A stretch of DNA of 64,000 nucleotides. Source: a bacterium (GTDB taxonomy: Bacteria > Desulfobacterota_D > UBA1144). The DNA is taken from NCBI GenBank assembly GCA_018654605.1, contig JABILG010000019.1:88742-152741 (forward strand). The letters run 5' to 3'. A model generated the notes under the pieces. It had not been told where the DNA came from. It did no database searches and worked only from the letters and a program-made list of their open reading frames with translations. Both the position numbers and the translations under genes were made by a program. Shown piece after piece: positions 48,924 through 59,674 of the stretch (positions within the stretch are counted from its first letter, which is position 1; each line of letters opens with the position of its first letter).

Positions 48924-50120
48924 ATGAAAAAGAGATCAATAGTTCTAGCATACTCAGGAGGCCTCGACACTTCCATTATACTTCATTGGCTAAAAGAAAA
49001 TTATAATGCCGACATTATTGCTTATATAGCAGACCTTGGTCAAGGGGAAGACCTGAAAGGTATTGCAAAGAGGGCCAAAGAAGTAGGTGCTAAAAAGGTG
49101 TATGTAGAGAACCTTAGGAATGAATTTGTTAAAGATTATATATTTCCAATGATACAGGCAAGCTCTGTTTATGAAGGAAATTATTTACTCGGAACTTCAA
49201 TAGCTAGACCATTAATTGCAAAAAGACAAATTGAGATAGCAAAAAAAGAAAAATCTTTTGCTGTTTCTCATGGCTCTACTGGAAAAGGAAATGATCAAAT
49301 TAGATTTGAACTTTCTTTTAATGCTCTAAGTCCAGATATTGAGATCATTGCACCATGGAGAATCTGGGACCTTAAATCCAGAGAAGATTGTATTCGCTAT
49401 GCAAGAAAAAACAAGATCCTAGTTCCTGTTACAAAAGCTAAGCCCTATAGTTGCGATAGAAATATCTATCATATTAGTTATGAAGGTGGGGTGCTGGAGG
49501 ATCCTTGGACCGAGCCCCCTACTGAAATGTACGAGTCTGTAAAGGTACTTGAAAAGACCCCCAATAAAGCTATAAGTATGATAATTACTTTTAAGGATGG
49601 TATTCCAGTCGCTATTGATAATAAAAGACTCTCTCCGGTTAATCTTTTAGAAAAGCTTAATAAAATAGGTGGTATTAATGGAGTTGGAGTTGTTGATATT
49701 GTTGAGAATCGTTTTGTAGGAATGAAATCCAGAGGTGTTTATGAAACACCTGGAGGGACAATCTTAAATATAGCTCACCGTGCAATTGAGTCTCTAACTA
49801 TGGATAGAGAAGTTATGCATATTCGTGATTCTTTAGTACCTAAGATTTCACAGCTGATTTATAATGGTTTCTGGTTTTCACCTGAAATGGAAACCGTAAT
49901 GGCATTAGTTAAGCAATCGCAAAAAAATATATCTGGTGATGTTAGATTGAAGATTTTCAAAGGGAACGTTGTAGTTACAGGAAGAAAATCTAGGTTTTCA
50001 TTATATAATAACAATCTTGCTACATTTGAAGAAGATAATCTTTATAATCAAAAAGACGCAACAGGATTTATTAAACTCAATTCATTAAGACTTATACTTG
50101 ATAAACTTAAAAATAAATGA
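48924..50120 (+). CDS. argG: argininosuccinate synthase
   Basis: VLAYSGGLDTS PP-loop; 398 aa. Confidence 0.95.
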   Translation: MKKRSIVLAYSGGLDTSIILHWLKENYNADIIAYIADLGQGEDLKGIAKRAKEVGAKKVYVENLRNEFVKDYIFPMIQASSVYEGNYLLGTSIARPLIAKRQIEIAKKEKSFAVSHGSTGKGNDQIRFELSFNALSPDIEIIAPWRIWDLKSREDCIRYARKNKILVPVTKAKPYSCDRNIYHISYEGGVLEDPWTEPPTEMYESVKVLEKTPNKAISMIITFKDGIPVAIDNKRLSPVNLLEKLNKIGGINGVGVVDIVENRFVGMKSRGVYETPGGTILNIAHRAIESLTMDREVMHIRDSLVPKISQLIYNGFWFSPEMETVMALVKQSQKNISGDVRLKIFKGNVVVTGRKSRFSLYNNNLATFEEDNLYNQKDATGFIKLNSLRLILDKLKNK

Positions 50121-51121
50121 ATCTATCTAGATATGATTTTAATCTGCCTAGCCAATTAATTGCGGATAGACCTAGGAAGCCGAGGGGAACCTCCAGGCTA
50201 TTAGTGGTAGAAAAAGAATCCGGAAGAATAACTGCTACAAGTTTTGATAAGATATTTAATTACTTTTCCGAAAAAGACTTATTTATCTTTAATGATACAA
50301 AGGTAAATCCTGTTTCCTTAATCTTGTCAGATCAAGATGGTAAAGAGCAAAGAATACTCTTGGTTGAAGAAGTAGAGGATAATACTTGGAAAGTTCTTAC
50401 CAGAAAGCCAAAAGAGAGAAGCTTTATCCTTGATGGAGGACTAAGTTGTTACCTTTTTAAAGACTCTAATACAAAAGAGTGGATGATTACTTTTAGTGAT
50501 AAGTCTCAAATATTTATTGATAAGTATGGGATGATGCCAATACCCCCATATCTCAATAGAGAACCAGATTCAATGGATTTTGAAGATTATCAAACAGTTT
50601 ACGCTAAAGCGTTAGGCTCTATAGCTGCTCCTACTGCAGGACTACATTTCACTAAAGATTTATTAAACAAAATTGATATCAAAAAGATTAGTACCGAATT
50701 TCTAACTCTTCATGTTGGAATAGGGACTTTTCTGCCAATTAAAGTTAAAGAAGTGAGTAACCATGAAATGCACAAAGAGAAGTTCTTTATAAATCCAAAA
50801 CTTTTAAAGAAAATAAGTAGAGTAAGAAACAGTAAGGGTAGAGTTCTAACTGTTGGGACTACTACTTTAAGAGCACTCGAGGCATTTAGTCTTATTGAGG
50901 AACAATCTAATGATTGGTTTGAAACAGATATTTTTATTAATGAAGGCTTTGAATTTAAATCAACAGATGCTTTGCTTACAAATTTTCATTTACCTAAGTC
51001 CACGTTGTTGATATTAGTATCCACTTTTTTGGGCAACGAGTTAACAAGGTTGTGTTATGATTTTGCTATAAAAGAAAAATTCAATTTTTATAGCTATGGG
51101 GACGCAATGCTTATCATTTAA
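50117..51121 (+). CDS. queA: S-adenosylmethionine:tRNA ribosyltransferase-isomerase
   Basis: YDFNLPSQLIADRP N-terminus, 334 aa. Confidence 0.9.
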   Translation: MNLSRYDFNLPSQLIADRPRKPRGTSRLLVVEKESGRITATSFDKIFNYFSEKDLFIFNDTKVNPVSLILSDQDGKEQRILLVEEVEDNTWKVLTRKPKERSFILDGGLSCYLFKDSNTKEWMITFSDKSQIFIDKYGMMPIPPYLNREPDSMDFEDYQTVYAKALGSIAAPTAGLHFTKDLLNKIDIKKISTEFLTLHVGIGTFLPIKVKEVSNHEMHKEKFFINPKLLKKISRVRNSKGRVLTVGTTTLRALEAFSLIEEQSNDWFETDIFINEGFEFKSTDALLTNFHLPKSTLLILVSTFLGNELTRLCYDFAIKEKFNFYSYGDAMLII

Positions 51122-51169
51122 GAGCCTTTTCAAATTGCATTATGTGAATTTGAATATAAAATCATTTAA

Positions 51170-52252
51170 ATGTCGGGAAATTCATTTGGCAATATTTTTA
51201 AAATTACTACATGGGGAGAATCTCACGGCAAGGCTTTGGGTGTTGTTGTTGATGGATGCCCAGCTGGACTTAAAATTTCTAATAAAGATATTCAGTTAGA
51301 ACTTGATAGAAGAAAGCCAGGTCAGAGCAAATATACAACTCAAAGAAAAGAGTCTGACAAGGTGGAAATATTGTCAGGCATTTTTAATGGAACAACTACG
51401 GGGACCCCAATCTCGATGTTGATTCCAAACGCAGATGCGATATCTAAGTCTTACGAAAATTTTAAAGACATATATAGACCGGGACATGCAGATCTTAGCT
51501 ATGATGAAAAATATGGTATTCGTGATTATAGGGGAGGCGGTAGGTCATCAAATCGCGAAACAGTTGGGAGAGTAGCAGCAGGCGCAATAGCAAAAAAAAT
51601 TTTAAAAACCATGAAAATTAAAACTTTCGGTTTTGTTTCTCAGATTGGAAACCTAAAGTGTGAGAAGATTGATGTAAATTATATTGAAAAAAATCCGTTG
51701 AGGATTCCTGACAAGTCTAAACTTAAAGATATGGGTGACTTGATAGATAAAGTTAGAAAGCAGGGAGATTCTATAGGTGGCATCATAGAAGTTAGGTCAT
51801 TAGGTGTTCCAGCCGGTCTTGGTTCACCAGTATTTGAAAAATTTGATGCAAGGTTGGCATCCGCAATAATGGGAATTGGAGGTGTTAGGGGCTTTGAAAT
51901 TGGTTTGGGTTTTTCCATTGGTTCCATGAGGGGGTCTGAGGTTAATGATATTATGGTTGGCAAGTCAAAGGGTAAAGTTAAATTCAATAGTAATAATGCT
52001 GGTGGGATTCTTGGTGGTATTACAAATGGGAACGATGTTGTCTTGAGGTTTGCTTTAAAGCCTACTTCGTCAATTTCTCAAATTCAGAAATCTATAAACA
52101 GTAAAGGTAAAGTGAAAAATCTTCAAGTTAAAGGTAGACATGATCCATGTCTATGTCCTCGTGCTGTTCCTATTGCTGAGGCGATGGTTAACTTGGTTCT
52201 TCTGGATTGCATATTAGAAAATAAACTTACAACGCTTAAAAAAATTATATAG
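51170..52252 (+). CDS. aroC: chorismate synthase
   Basis: GNSFGNIFKITTWGESHG N-terminus, 360 aa. Confidence 0.95.
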   Translation: MSGNSFGNIFKITTWGESHGKALGVVVDGCPAGLKISNKDIQLELDRRKPGQSKYTTQRKESDKVEILSGIFNGTTTGTPISMLIPNADAISKSYENFKDIYRPGHADLSYDEKYGIRDYRGGGRSSNRETVGRVAAGAIAKKILKTMKIKTFGFVSQIGNLKCEKIDVNYIEKNPLRIPDKSKLKDMGDLIDKVRKQGDSIGGIIEVRSLGVPAGLGSPVFEKFDARLASAIMGIGGVRGFEIGLGFSIGSMRGSEVNDIMVGKSKGKVKFNSNNAGGILGGITNGNDVVLRFALKPTSSISQIQKSINSKGKVKNLQVKGRHDPCLCPRAVPIAEAMVNLVLLDCILENKLTTLKKII

Positions 52253-52254
52253 TC

Positions 52255-53394
52255 TTAAAGTTTGTCTAAAATCTGTGTAGTTCTTGCAACTCCAGCCCCA
52301 GACTTGAAGTTGTAGCCTAATTCACACAATATCCCCTCAACACCGGCAACGACTGCAATAATATCACCCTTATCTACGTATCCCATATGTGTTATACGGA
52401 AAATCTTACCTTTTGCTTGGTCTTGACCTCCAGCAACTATCATCCCATATTTTTCCTTTAAACCTTTTACGATTAAATTTGCATCAATATCCTTAGGTGC
52501 TTTAATTACTGAAAGAGCCGTACTAGTGCAGCCCTTAGCAAAATTTTCAAGTCCTATTGCTTCGAAACCTTCTGTTGTAGCCTGTGATAAGATTGAATGT
52601 CTCTTAAATAGATTATCTAGACCAATTTTATTGAAATATTCTAGAACAGCATTAAGTCCAATTACGAGAGTAACAGCAGGAGTCCACGGGGAGGTCTTTT
52701 TTAGACTATTTTTATGCGCTTGATTTAAATCTAGATAAAATTTTGGAAGATTTGATTTCTTGTTAAATTCCCATGCCTTCTCACTGAGAACAATAAAAGC
52801 AAGTCCTGGAGGCATCATAAATGCTTTTTGTGAGCCTCCGATTAGAATATCTATTCCCCATTTGTCAAACTCAACAGGGAACGCTCCTACAGCTGTAATT
52901 CCATCAACAATTAGGATTATGTCGTCTCTGTTTTTAGTTAGTTTAGCTATTTCTTTTATAGGATGTTCGGCTCCAGTGGAAGTCTCACTTGCTTGAACAA
53001 GAATAGCTTTGATAGACGAATCTTTTTTAATAATTTCTTTAATCAGAGATGGGTCAACTGACTTTCCCCATTCAACCTTAATCTCCTCTGTATCAACTCC
53101 ATATGCTTTACAAATCTTTAACCATCTTTCTCCAAATTTTCCACCATTAACAACTAAAGCTTTATCACCTTTACTCAGAGTGTTACATATCGCTGCATCC
53201 ATAGCACCTGTACCCGATGAAGCTAGGATTAAGACTTCTTCTTTTGTCATAAAAACTTTTTTAAGGCCCTGAGTTGCCTTTGAAAAAATTTCTTCAAACT
53301 CTTCAGTTCTATGATGTATAATAGGCTTTGCCATTTCAAGCATGACAAATTCTGGAACTGGTACTGGACCTGGTGTTAAAACATAATTTTTCAA
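52255..53394 (-). CDS. class V aminotransferase (alanine/serine--glyoxylate aminotransferase-like)
   Basis: GGSQKAFMMPPG PLP-lysine motif; 379 aa. Confidence 0.75.
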   Translation of the reverse strand: MKNYVLTPGPVPVPEFVMLEMAKPIIHHRTEEFEEIFSKATQGLKKVFMTKEEVLILASSGTGAMDAAICNTLSKGDKALVVNGGKFGERWLKICKAYGVDTEEIKVEWGKSVDPSLIKEIIKKDSSIKAILVQASETSTGAEHPIKEIAKLTKNRDDIILIVDGITAVGAFPVEFDKWGIDILIGGSQKAFMMPPGLAFIVLSEKAWEFNKKSNLPKFYLDLNQAHKNSLKKTSPWTPAVTLVIGLNAVLEYFNKIGLDNLFKRHSILSQATTEGFEAIGLENFAKGCTSTALSVIKAPKDIDANLIVKGLKEKYGMIVAGGQDQAKGKIFRITHMGYVDKGDIIAVVAGVEGILCELGYNFKSGAGVARTTQILDKL

Positions 53395-53457
53395 AATTTA
53401 CTCCCTTGAGATAATAAAATGTTAAGTTTAATATAACATTAATTATCGAGTTGAAAA

Positions 53458-54553
53458 ATGATTGAATTTATACAAACCTTAAAATTGCTTACAAAGAAAA
53501 TTGAAGTTATACGAGGCTATCTTTGACCTTAAAAGCTTGGAAATTAAACTAAAAGATTTAATTTCTAAATCTGAAAAGAATGATTTTTGGTCGAATCAAC
53601 AAGCTGCTCAGCTAGTTTTAAAGGATATTTCACAAATTAATAAGAAATTAGATTTATTTAGATCTCTTGAGAATGATTTGAGAGAGTTAAAAGAAATTAG
53701 CGAATTATATAAAGATGAAGAAGTTGACGATTCTACAAGTAAGGAAATTGAAGAATCATTATTAGATTTAAAGAAATCAATTGAAGCTTTCGAGGTTAAA
53801 GTAATGCTTTCAGGTAGAGATGATAATAAGAATGCTATTCTATCAATTAATTCTGGTGCTGGTGGGACAGAGGCACAAGATTGGGCTAGCATGTTGTCCC
53901 GAATGTATTTTCGATATTCTGAAATTAATAGTTTTAAGGCTGAATTTCTAGATTTCTTAGATGGCGAAGAAGCTGGTATAAAAAATTGCTCAATTCTTAT
54001 TAAAGGAGAATTCGCTTATGGGTATCTTAAAAATGAAATTGGTGTTCATAGATTAGTAAGAATTTCACCATTTGATTCTAATAAAAGGAGACATACTTCG
54101 TTTGCATCTGTTTCTGTTTCACCAGAAGTTGAACTTGATATTGATGTTGAAATAGAAGATAAAGATTTAAAGATTGATACTTTCAGGGCAGCCGGTGCTG
54201 GAGGTCAGCATGTTAATAAAACAGATTCTGCAGTAAGGATAACTCATTTGCCTACTGGAATTGTAGTTGGATGTCAGAATCAAAGATCTCAGCATCAGAA
54301 TAAAAATGCGGCTATGAAGATTCTTTCATCAAAACTTTATGATTTAGAATTGGAGAAAATAAAAACCAAAGAGGAAAAGGTAAATTCTAAGAAAAAAGAA
54401 ATAGGGTGGGGAAGCCAAGTACGATCATACATTCTTCATCCTTATAGAATGGTTAAGGACCACCGAACTGATACAGAAATAGGAGATATAGATTCATTTT
54501 TAGATGGCAGCCTCCAAGACTTAATAGAGAAACTTCTTTCATCTGAAAAATAG
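53458..54553 (+). CDS. prfB: peptide chain release factor 2, expressed via programmed +1 frameshift (frame 0: 53458-53523, then +1 from 53525)
   Basis: Frame-0 leader MIEFIQTLKLLTKKIEVIRGYL ends at CTT TGA C; +1 frame continues DLKSLEIKLKDL...; SPF and GGQ motifs downstream. Confidence 0.9.
53512..53527 (+). promoter_or_regulatory. RF2 autoregulatory +1 frameshift site (SD-like GAGG, then UAU CUU UGA C)
   Basis: CGAGGCTATCTTTGAC resembles the E. coli prfB shift cassette AGGGGGUAUCUUUGAC. Confidence 0.85.
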
Positions 54554-54594
54554 TTAGGGATACAAAATTATTAATCTAATTTATAATATATATA

Positions 54595-55461
54595 ATGATT
54601 TTTGGTATTCTAGCAAAACCTAATCTTAATAATTTTCAAAAGGTTCAAGAAACTTTAGGAAAATTTCTTCGTAATAGAAATTCTAAAATTTTAATTGAGG
54701 AATCATTAAGACAGAAACCTGATTCTTCTTTTGAATACACTTCAAAAAAAGAGCTAATTAAAGAATCGGATGTACTAATTGTGATGGGTGGAGATGGAAC
54801 CTTGTTGCGTATAGCTGAAGATGCAGCAAAAAATAAAAAACCTGTCATAGGTATTAATCTAGGAAATCTTGGCTTTTTGACCGAGGCACCCATTAGCAAA
54901 TTGGAGAACTTGTTAGATGACTTTTTTGAAAATAACCTTGTTTTAGACACAAGAGAACTTCTACAGGCAAAAATAATCAAATCAAATAAATTGCTTTTCA
55001 AAACTAGCTTTCTGAACGATGTAGTTATAAATAAGGGGGCATTGGCAAAAATTATTAACCTTGATCTATTTATTGATAAATCTTTAGTATCTAATATGCG
55101 TGCCGATGGAATTATTCTTTCTTCACCTACGGGGTCAACTGCATACTCTATGTCTGCTGGAGGTCCTATTGTCACACCTTCCTTACCTTTAGTAATTGTA
55201 ACTCCAATTTGTCCTCATACTTTATCCAACAGGCCTCTCGTTATATCTAATAAATCTGTAATCAATGTTCGCATAGAGCCCTTGAATTCGCCTGTTTTTA
55301 CTACTTTTGATGGAAATCTCAGCATGGAAATGGAAGCAGGTGTTGAACTAGAGATTTCTAAGTCTCCACTTAAGTTGAAACTCTTAAGATCCAAAAAGAC
55401 AGAATATTTTAATGTCTTAAAGGATAAGTTGATGTGGAGTAAAAACTATGGAAGAAAATAA
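54595..55461 (+). CDS. nadK: NAD(+) kinase
   Basis: GGDGTLL, NLGFLTE, DGIILSSPTGSTAYSMSAGGPIV motifs. Confidence 0.85.
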   Translation: MIFGILAKPNLNNFQKVQETLGKFLRNRNSKILIEESLRQKPDSSFEYTSKKELIKESDVLIVMGGDGTLLRIAEDAAKNKKPVIGINLGNLGFLTEAPISKLENLLDDFFENNLVLDTRELLQAKIIKSNKLLFKTSFLNDVVINKGALAKIINLDLFIDKSLVSNMRADGIILSSPTGSTAYSMSAGGPIVTPSLPLVIVTPICPHTLSNRPLVISNKSVINVRIEPLNSPVFTTFDGNLSMEMEAGVELEISKSPLKLKLLRSKKTEYFNVLKDKLMWSKNYGRK

Positions 55462-55819
55462 AAGAGAAATGTTTCTCCACGATTGGGTTGTGGAGGAAAT
55501 TAAGGTCCAATATTATAAGGAATTTAATGAAATTAAAATAAATAAATTTGGTGTAGAAGATAATGAAATTGATGGATTGTTTCCGGATGTTATCTTTGGC
55601 AATTACGGTCAAATTATTATGTTGGGAGAGGTTGAAGTAGACTCAACTATTAATAGCGAATCAATCAAAAGATGGAAGATGATTCAGGATTTAGGCATCA
55701 GTCTTATTATTTTTGTACCCATAGTAAAATTAAAAATTGTTAGAGATATGTGTTGGGAGAATAAATTAATAGAGAGAGTTAAGGTTTCTTCTTTCTCGGT
55801 TGACATACCACTTAAGTAA
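55448..55819 (+). CDS. hypothetical protein, 123 aa (overlaps nadK by 14 nt)
   Basis: ORF only; D...GEVEVD arrangement faintly nuclease-like, not supportable. Confidence 0.3.
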   Translation: MEENKREMFLHDWVVEEIKVQYYKEFNEIKINKFGVEDNEIDGLFPDVIFGNYGQIIMLGEVEVDSTINSESIKRWKMIQDLGISLIIFVPIVKLKIVRDMCWENKLIERVKVSSFSVDIPLK

Positions 55820-56738
55820 AGCGTGGGTTTTCTATCTTGGAAATTCCGTTAATAAAATCCTTACCAGCGACCTGCCTTTGTCCGCTTTTCTGGATTTTAA
55901 TTATTTCTATATTCTTGTCTTTGCATCCCACTACCATTGATTTATCAATCTTTTTTATCTCACCCTGACTAATTTTTTCCGAGCTATGCTCTTTTATTTC
56001 GTATATTTTTACGATTTGCTTGTTCAAATGTGTGAATGCAATTGGCCATGGATTACAGCCTTTTATTAACTTGTCTATTTCCCTAAAACTTTTCCCCCAA
56101 TTAATTAAACCATCATCTTTTAACATTTTTGGTGCGACAGTAGCTTTGTTATTATTTTGTTTGGTTGATAAGAGTTTGGAGCCAGATTCGATACTTTTGA
56201 TTAATTTTATTATTTCACTTGCACCTAAATCTGCAAGCTTCATTGTTAATGTAGATGCTGTATCAATACCATCTATCTGTAATTTAAAACTAGATATTAT
56301 GTCACCAGTATCCATACCTGAATCCATCTTCATTAATGTTATTCCGGTTTCCGTGTCACCATTGATTATTGCTCTGTTTATTGGGGCCGCACCACGATAC
56401 TTAGGAAGCAAGGATGCATGAATATTGATACAACCTATAATAGGTATATCAAGAAATTCCTGTGGGAGTATTTTCCCATAAGCTGCAACACATATAATAT
56501 CAGGGTTAATTTCCCTAACAATTTTTAATAGTTCTTTATTGTTTTTTATTTTATCAGGTTGAATACAGTCTAAACCTTCTTGAATGCAGAAAGTTTTTAC
56601 TGGAGAAAAGATAATTTCTTTTTTTCTTCCTATTGGTTTATCAGGTTGTGTAATAACAAGAGCTACATTAAAGTTCTTATTTAAAGCAGTTAGGCTCTGA
56701 AGAGCAAAATCTGGAGTTCCCATAAAAATGATTTTCAT
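55812..56738 (-). CDS. fmt: methionyl-tRNA formyltransferase
   Basis: MKIIFMGTPDFA N-terminus, HASLLPKYRGAAPI motif. Confidence 0.9.
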   Translation of the reverse strand: MKIIFMGTPDFALQSLTALNKNFNVALVITQPDKPIGRKKEIIFSPVKTFCIQEGLDCIQPDKIKNNKELLKIVREINPDIICVAAYGKILPQEFLDIPIIGCINIHASLLPKYRGAAPINRAIINGDTETGITLMKMDSGMDTGDIISSFKLQIDGIDTASTLTMKLADLGASEIIKLIKSIESGSKLLSTKQNNNKATVAPKMLKDDGLINWGKSFREIDKLIKGCNPWPIAFTHLNKQIVKIYEIKEHSSEKISQGEIKKIDKSMVVGCKDKNIEIIKIQKSGQRQVAGKDFINGISKIENPRFT

Positions 56739-58238
56739 TTATTCAAACAAATCTAAGATGCTTTTAACATTCCTTCTCGCAAAAAATTTAATTTGATCAA
56801 CATAGGAAGTTTTCCTAAAATAAACTACGTTGTTTTCTTTAAATATTGTTATTCTTCTACCTATTTCAAATTCTCCCTCAAATAAGGCTCGGGCAAAAAC
56901 TCTTTTATATTTCACTGTATCAATTATTCCTAGTGTTAAAGGAGAGTCAAACCCTTCTGGTGTTACATAAAGGGTTGTATAGCTTGCAAGTCTTCCTTCT
57001 AGTTCCTCATCCTCGTTTATAAGTTCACTACTATCGGGGATTTTTGGAATTATTTCATGGATAACATCATGTGAACCAAGGGCTCTTCCTTTTGAAGAGG
57101 GAACTTTCTCAAGTATATTCACGAAGATATTGTTACCCATTCCCCCAATAGAATGGCATAAAGCAATGTTATTTTTTTCTACTTGTCTATTGCTGGAAAC
57201 CTCATTTCTCATTTGGTATACACAGTCTACAATCTGTGCTAACCCGGTAGCACCAACTGGGTGACCTCTTGACTTAAGACCCCCAGATGGATTAATAGGT
57301 AGTTTTCCATTAATTTTTGTCTCATCTTTTAAAATATGAATGCAAGATTCACCTTCATCAAAGAACCCCAGATCCTCGGTATTTATTGCTTCAAAACTAG
57401 TAAAGGCATCATGAACCTCAGCGAAATTGATATCCTTGGGCGATAGCGATGATGAAGCATATGCTTTTTTAGCAGCGAGTTTAGTCGCAGCAAAATGACT
57501 TAGAAATACCCTGTTCTTTAAGCTTACTGTATCTGTTGCTTGACCAGTCCCACTTACTCTTATATCTGTTTTTTCAGATGTTAATATTAAAGCCGCTGCA
57601 CCATCAGAAATCGGTGAGCAGTCATACATTTTTAAGGGATTTGAAATTACTTTACTATTGTTATAATCATCTTCAGAAATCTCTTTCTGAAAGTGGGCCA
57701 ATGGATTCAATGAACCATTATGATGGTTTTTAATCGCTATCGTCTTTAATAATTCATTTAGCAACTCTTTATTTATTTTATATTTAAGCTTATATGCCAT
57801 AGTTACCATTGCGGCTAAAGAAGGCATGCTAGCGCCCGATTGTCTTTCTTCTTCTTCGATAACTTTAGCTAAGATTTTTGTAACCTTTTGCGTCTCAAGC
57901 CCCGACATTTTTTCCGCGGCTACTAATAGTATATTACTATAAGCGCCAGACGCGATTAAGTTACATCCTAAGCTGAAGATTGCTGCACCTGAGGATGATG
58001 CCGTCTCAATTCTCATTGATGGAATTCCTTGAACATTTAGATAGTCGGCAACTAAAGAGGAAATATTAGAATTGCTACTGAATTCTTCAGGATTCATAGA
58101 TCCAATTAGTAGGCAATCTATTTTTTTTCTTGTTCTTTCGAGACACTTTTCACCAGCACTAGTAGTTAAATCTCTCAAGCTTGAATCAAACCTACCAAAT
58201 TTAGTCATAGAAACATTTTCTATAAAAACTTCTCGCAT
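56739..58238 (-). CDS. thiolase-fold (SCP-x/archaeal-type) protein with ~110-aa C-terminal extension; predicted nucleophile position reads Ser not Cys
   Basis: GHPVGATG and CHSIGGMGNN C-terminal thiolase motifs present; N-terminal RIETASSSGAAI where thiolases have ...ETACxSG... Confidence 0.6.
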   Translation of the reverse strand: MREVFIENVSMTKFGRFDSSLRDLTTSAGEKCLERTRKKIDCLLIGSMNPEEFSSNSNISSLVADYLNVQGIPSMRIETASSSGAAIFSLGCNLIASGAYSNILLVAAEKMSGLETQKVTKILAKVIEEEERQSGASMPSLAAMVTMAYKLKYKINKELLNELLKTIAIKNHHNGSLNPLAHFQKEISEDDYNNSKVISNPLKMYDCSPISDGAAALILTSEKTDIRVSGTGQATDTVSLKNRVFLSHFAATKLAAKKAYASSSLSPKDINFAEVHDAFTSFEAINTEDLGFFDEGESCIHILKDETKINGKLPINPSGGLKSRGHPVGATGLAQIVDCVYQMRNEVSSNRQVEKNNIALCHSIGGMGNNIFVNILEKVPSSKGRALGSHDVIHEIIPKIPDSSELINEDEELEGRLASYTTLYVTPEGFDSPLTLGIIDTVKYKRVFARALFEGEFEIGRRITIFKENNVVYFRKTSYVDQIKFFARRNVKSILDLFE

Positions 58239-58310
58239 TATATTCTAATATTATCATATTCAAATATTTAACTGGATAGAATTCTTTGAATTGTATATAT
58301 TCTATTAACT

Positions 58311-59672
58311 ATGAGTAGGCTCTTCAAACTTCTTTTTACTTTATCTTTATTCTTTGTTATTTTACCTTTGACTTCATCTCTGAGAGGTTCAGAGCTACCT
58401 GATTTAGTGGAAAGCCTAACTAGTTCTGTAGTTAGAATCGAGACTAAGAATATTAGCAAGCAAAATCTTAATATTACAGGCGACCCTTTCTTTGACCAAT
58501 TCTTTAATAGGCAATTTGGTGAAGATTCACAACCTAGAACTTCTAAAGGCCTTGGTTCCGGATTTATCTATTCTGAAGATGGTTTTGTTGTAACAAATTT
58601 TCATGTTGTTAAGGAAGCAAATGATATATTAGTTGTTTTAGAAAATGGAGATCGTTATCCTGCCGAAATTGTAGGCGCTGATTTTAGAACAGACCTTGCA
58701 CTCCTTAAAATATCTACTGAAAGAAACCTGAATAAAGTTAAGATTGGAAACTCTAATAAGTTGAGAATTGGTGAAGGTGTTATTGCAATAGGAAACCCTC
58801 TGGGATTCGGTGCTACTGTAACAACAGGAATAATAAGTGCCAAGGGAAGATATATTGATGGTCTAGGTACCTATGTTGATTTTCTTCAAACAGATGCTGC
58901 TTTAAATAGAGGTAACAGTGGAGGTCCATTGTTTAATTTTGATGGCGAAGTTGTAGGAGTTAATACCGCAATAGCGGCAAATGGTCAAGGAATAGGGTTT
59001 GCAATTCCTATATCTATGGCAATTAATGTTATACAAGCTTTACAAGAGGATGGAAAAGTTCAAAGAGGATGGATGGGAGTTGTTGTTCAAAAGATAACTC
59101 CAGAAATAGCCGATTCTTTAAATCTTAAATCAACCAGAGGAGCTTTAATTAGCAGAGTGCTTAATGATGGACCAGCCTTTAAGGCAAGTTTAAAAAGAGG
59201 CGACATCATCCTTTATATAAATAAGGTTGAAATATTAACTTATGAGGACTTACCGAAAGAGATAAGCCAGCGAAAGCCTGGGGAAACGGTCGACTTAGTT
59301 GTATTAAGAGATTTAGATAAGATAAATATTGTTGTTGAGTTAGGGGAGATACCCGAGCCAAAAGTTCAAAAGGTTGCTAAGTCTGATTTAGGTGCTAAAA
59401 AGTTTGGAATCATAGTGAATGAAGTTCCTGATGTTTTAGAAAAGAATAATACACAAATAATTATCTCTAATATTGGAAAAACTTCAGCTAAATCTAGAAT
59501 CTTTTTAAAAGGAGATATTATTTTAGAAATCAATAGAGAGCCTATTGATTCAATAGAGTCTTACAACCTTGCTATTAATAAAATAAAATCAGGACAAAAT
59601 TGCCTCTTCTTAATTCAGAGGAGGAGTAAGAATTCTGAAGTGACGTTGTATAAGTCTGTTAAATCAAATTAA
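58311..59672 (+). CDS. degP: periplasmic serine endoprotease DegP/HtrA (two PDZ domains)
   Basis: Signal peptide; TNFHVV (His), D, GNSGGPL (Ser) triad; 453 aa. Confidence 0.85.
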   Translation: MSRLFKLLFTLSLFFVILPLTSSLRGSELPDLVESLTSSVVRIETKNISKQNLNITGDPFFDQFFNRQFGEDSQPRTSKGLGSGFIYSEDGFVVTNFHVVKEANDILVVLENGDRYPAEIVGADFRTDLALLKISTERNLNKVKIGNSNKLRIGEGVIAIGNPLGFGATVTTGIISAKGRYIDGLGTYVDFLQTDAALNRGNSGGPLFNFDGEVVGVNTAIAANGQGIGFAIPISMAINVIQALQEDGKVQRGWMGVVVQKITPEIADSLNLKSTRGALISRVLNDGPAFKASLKRGDIILYINKVEILTYEDLPKEISQRKPGETVDLVVLRDLDKINIVVELGEIPEPKVQKVAKSDLGAKKFGIIVNEVPDVLEKNNTQIIISNIGKTSAKSRIFLKGDIILEINREPIDSIESYNLAINKIKSGQNCLFLIQRRSKNSEVTLYKSVKSN

Positions 59673-59674
59673 AA

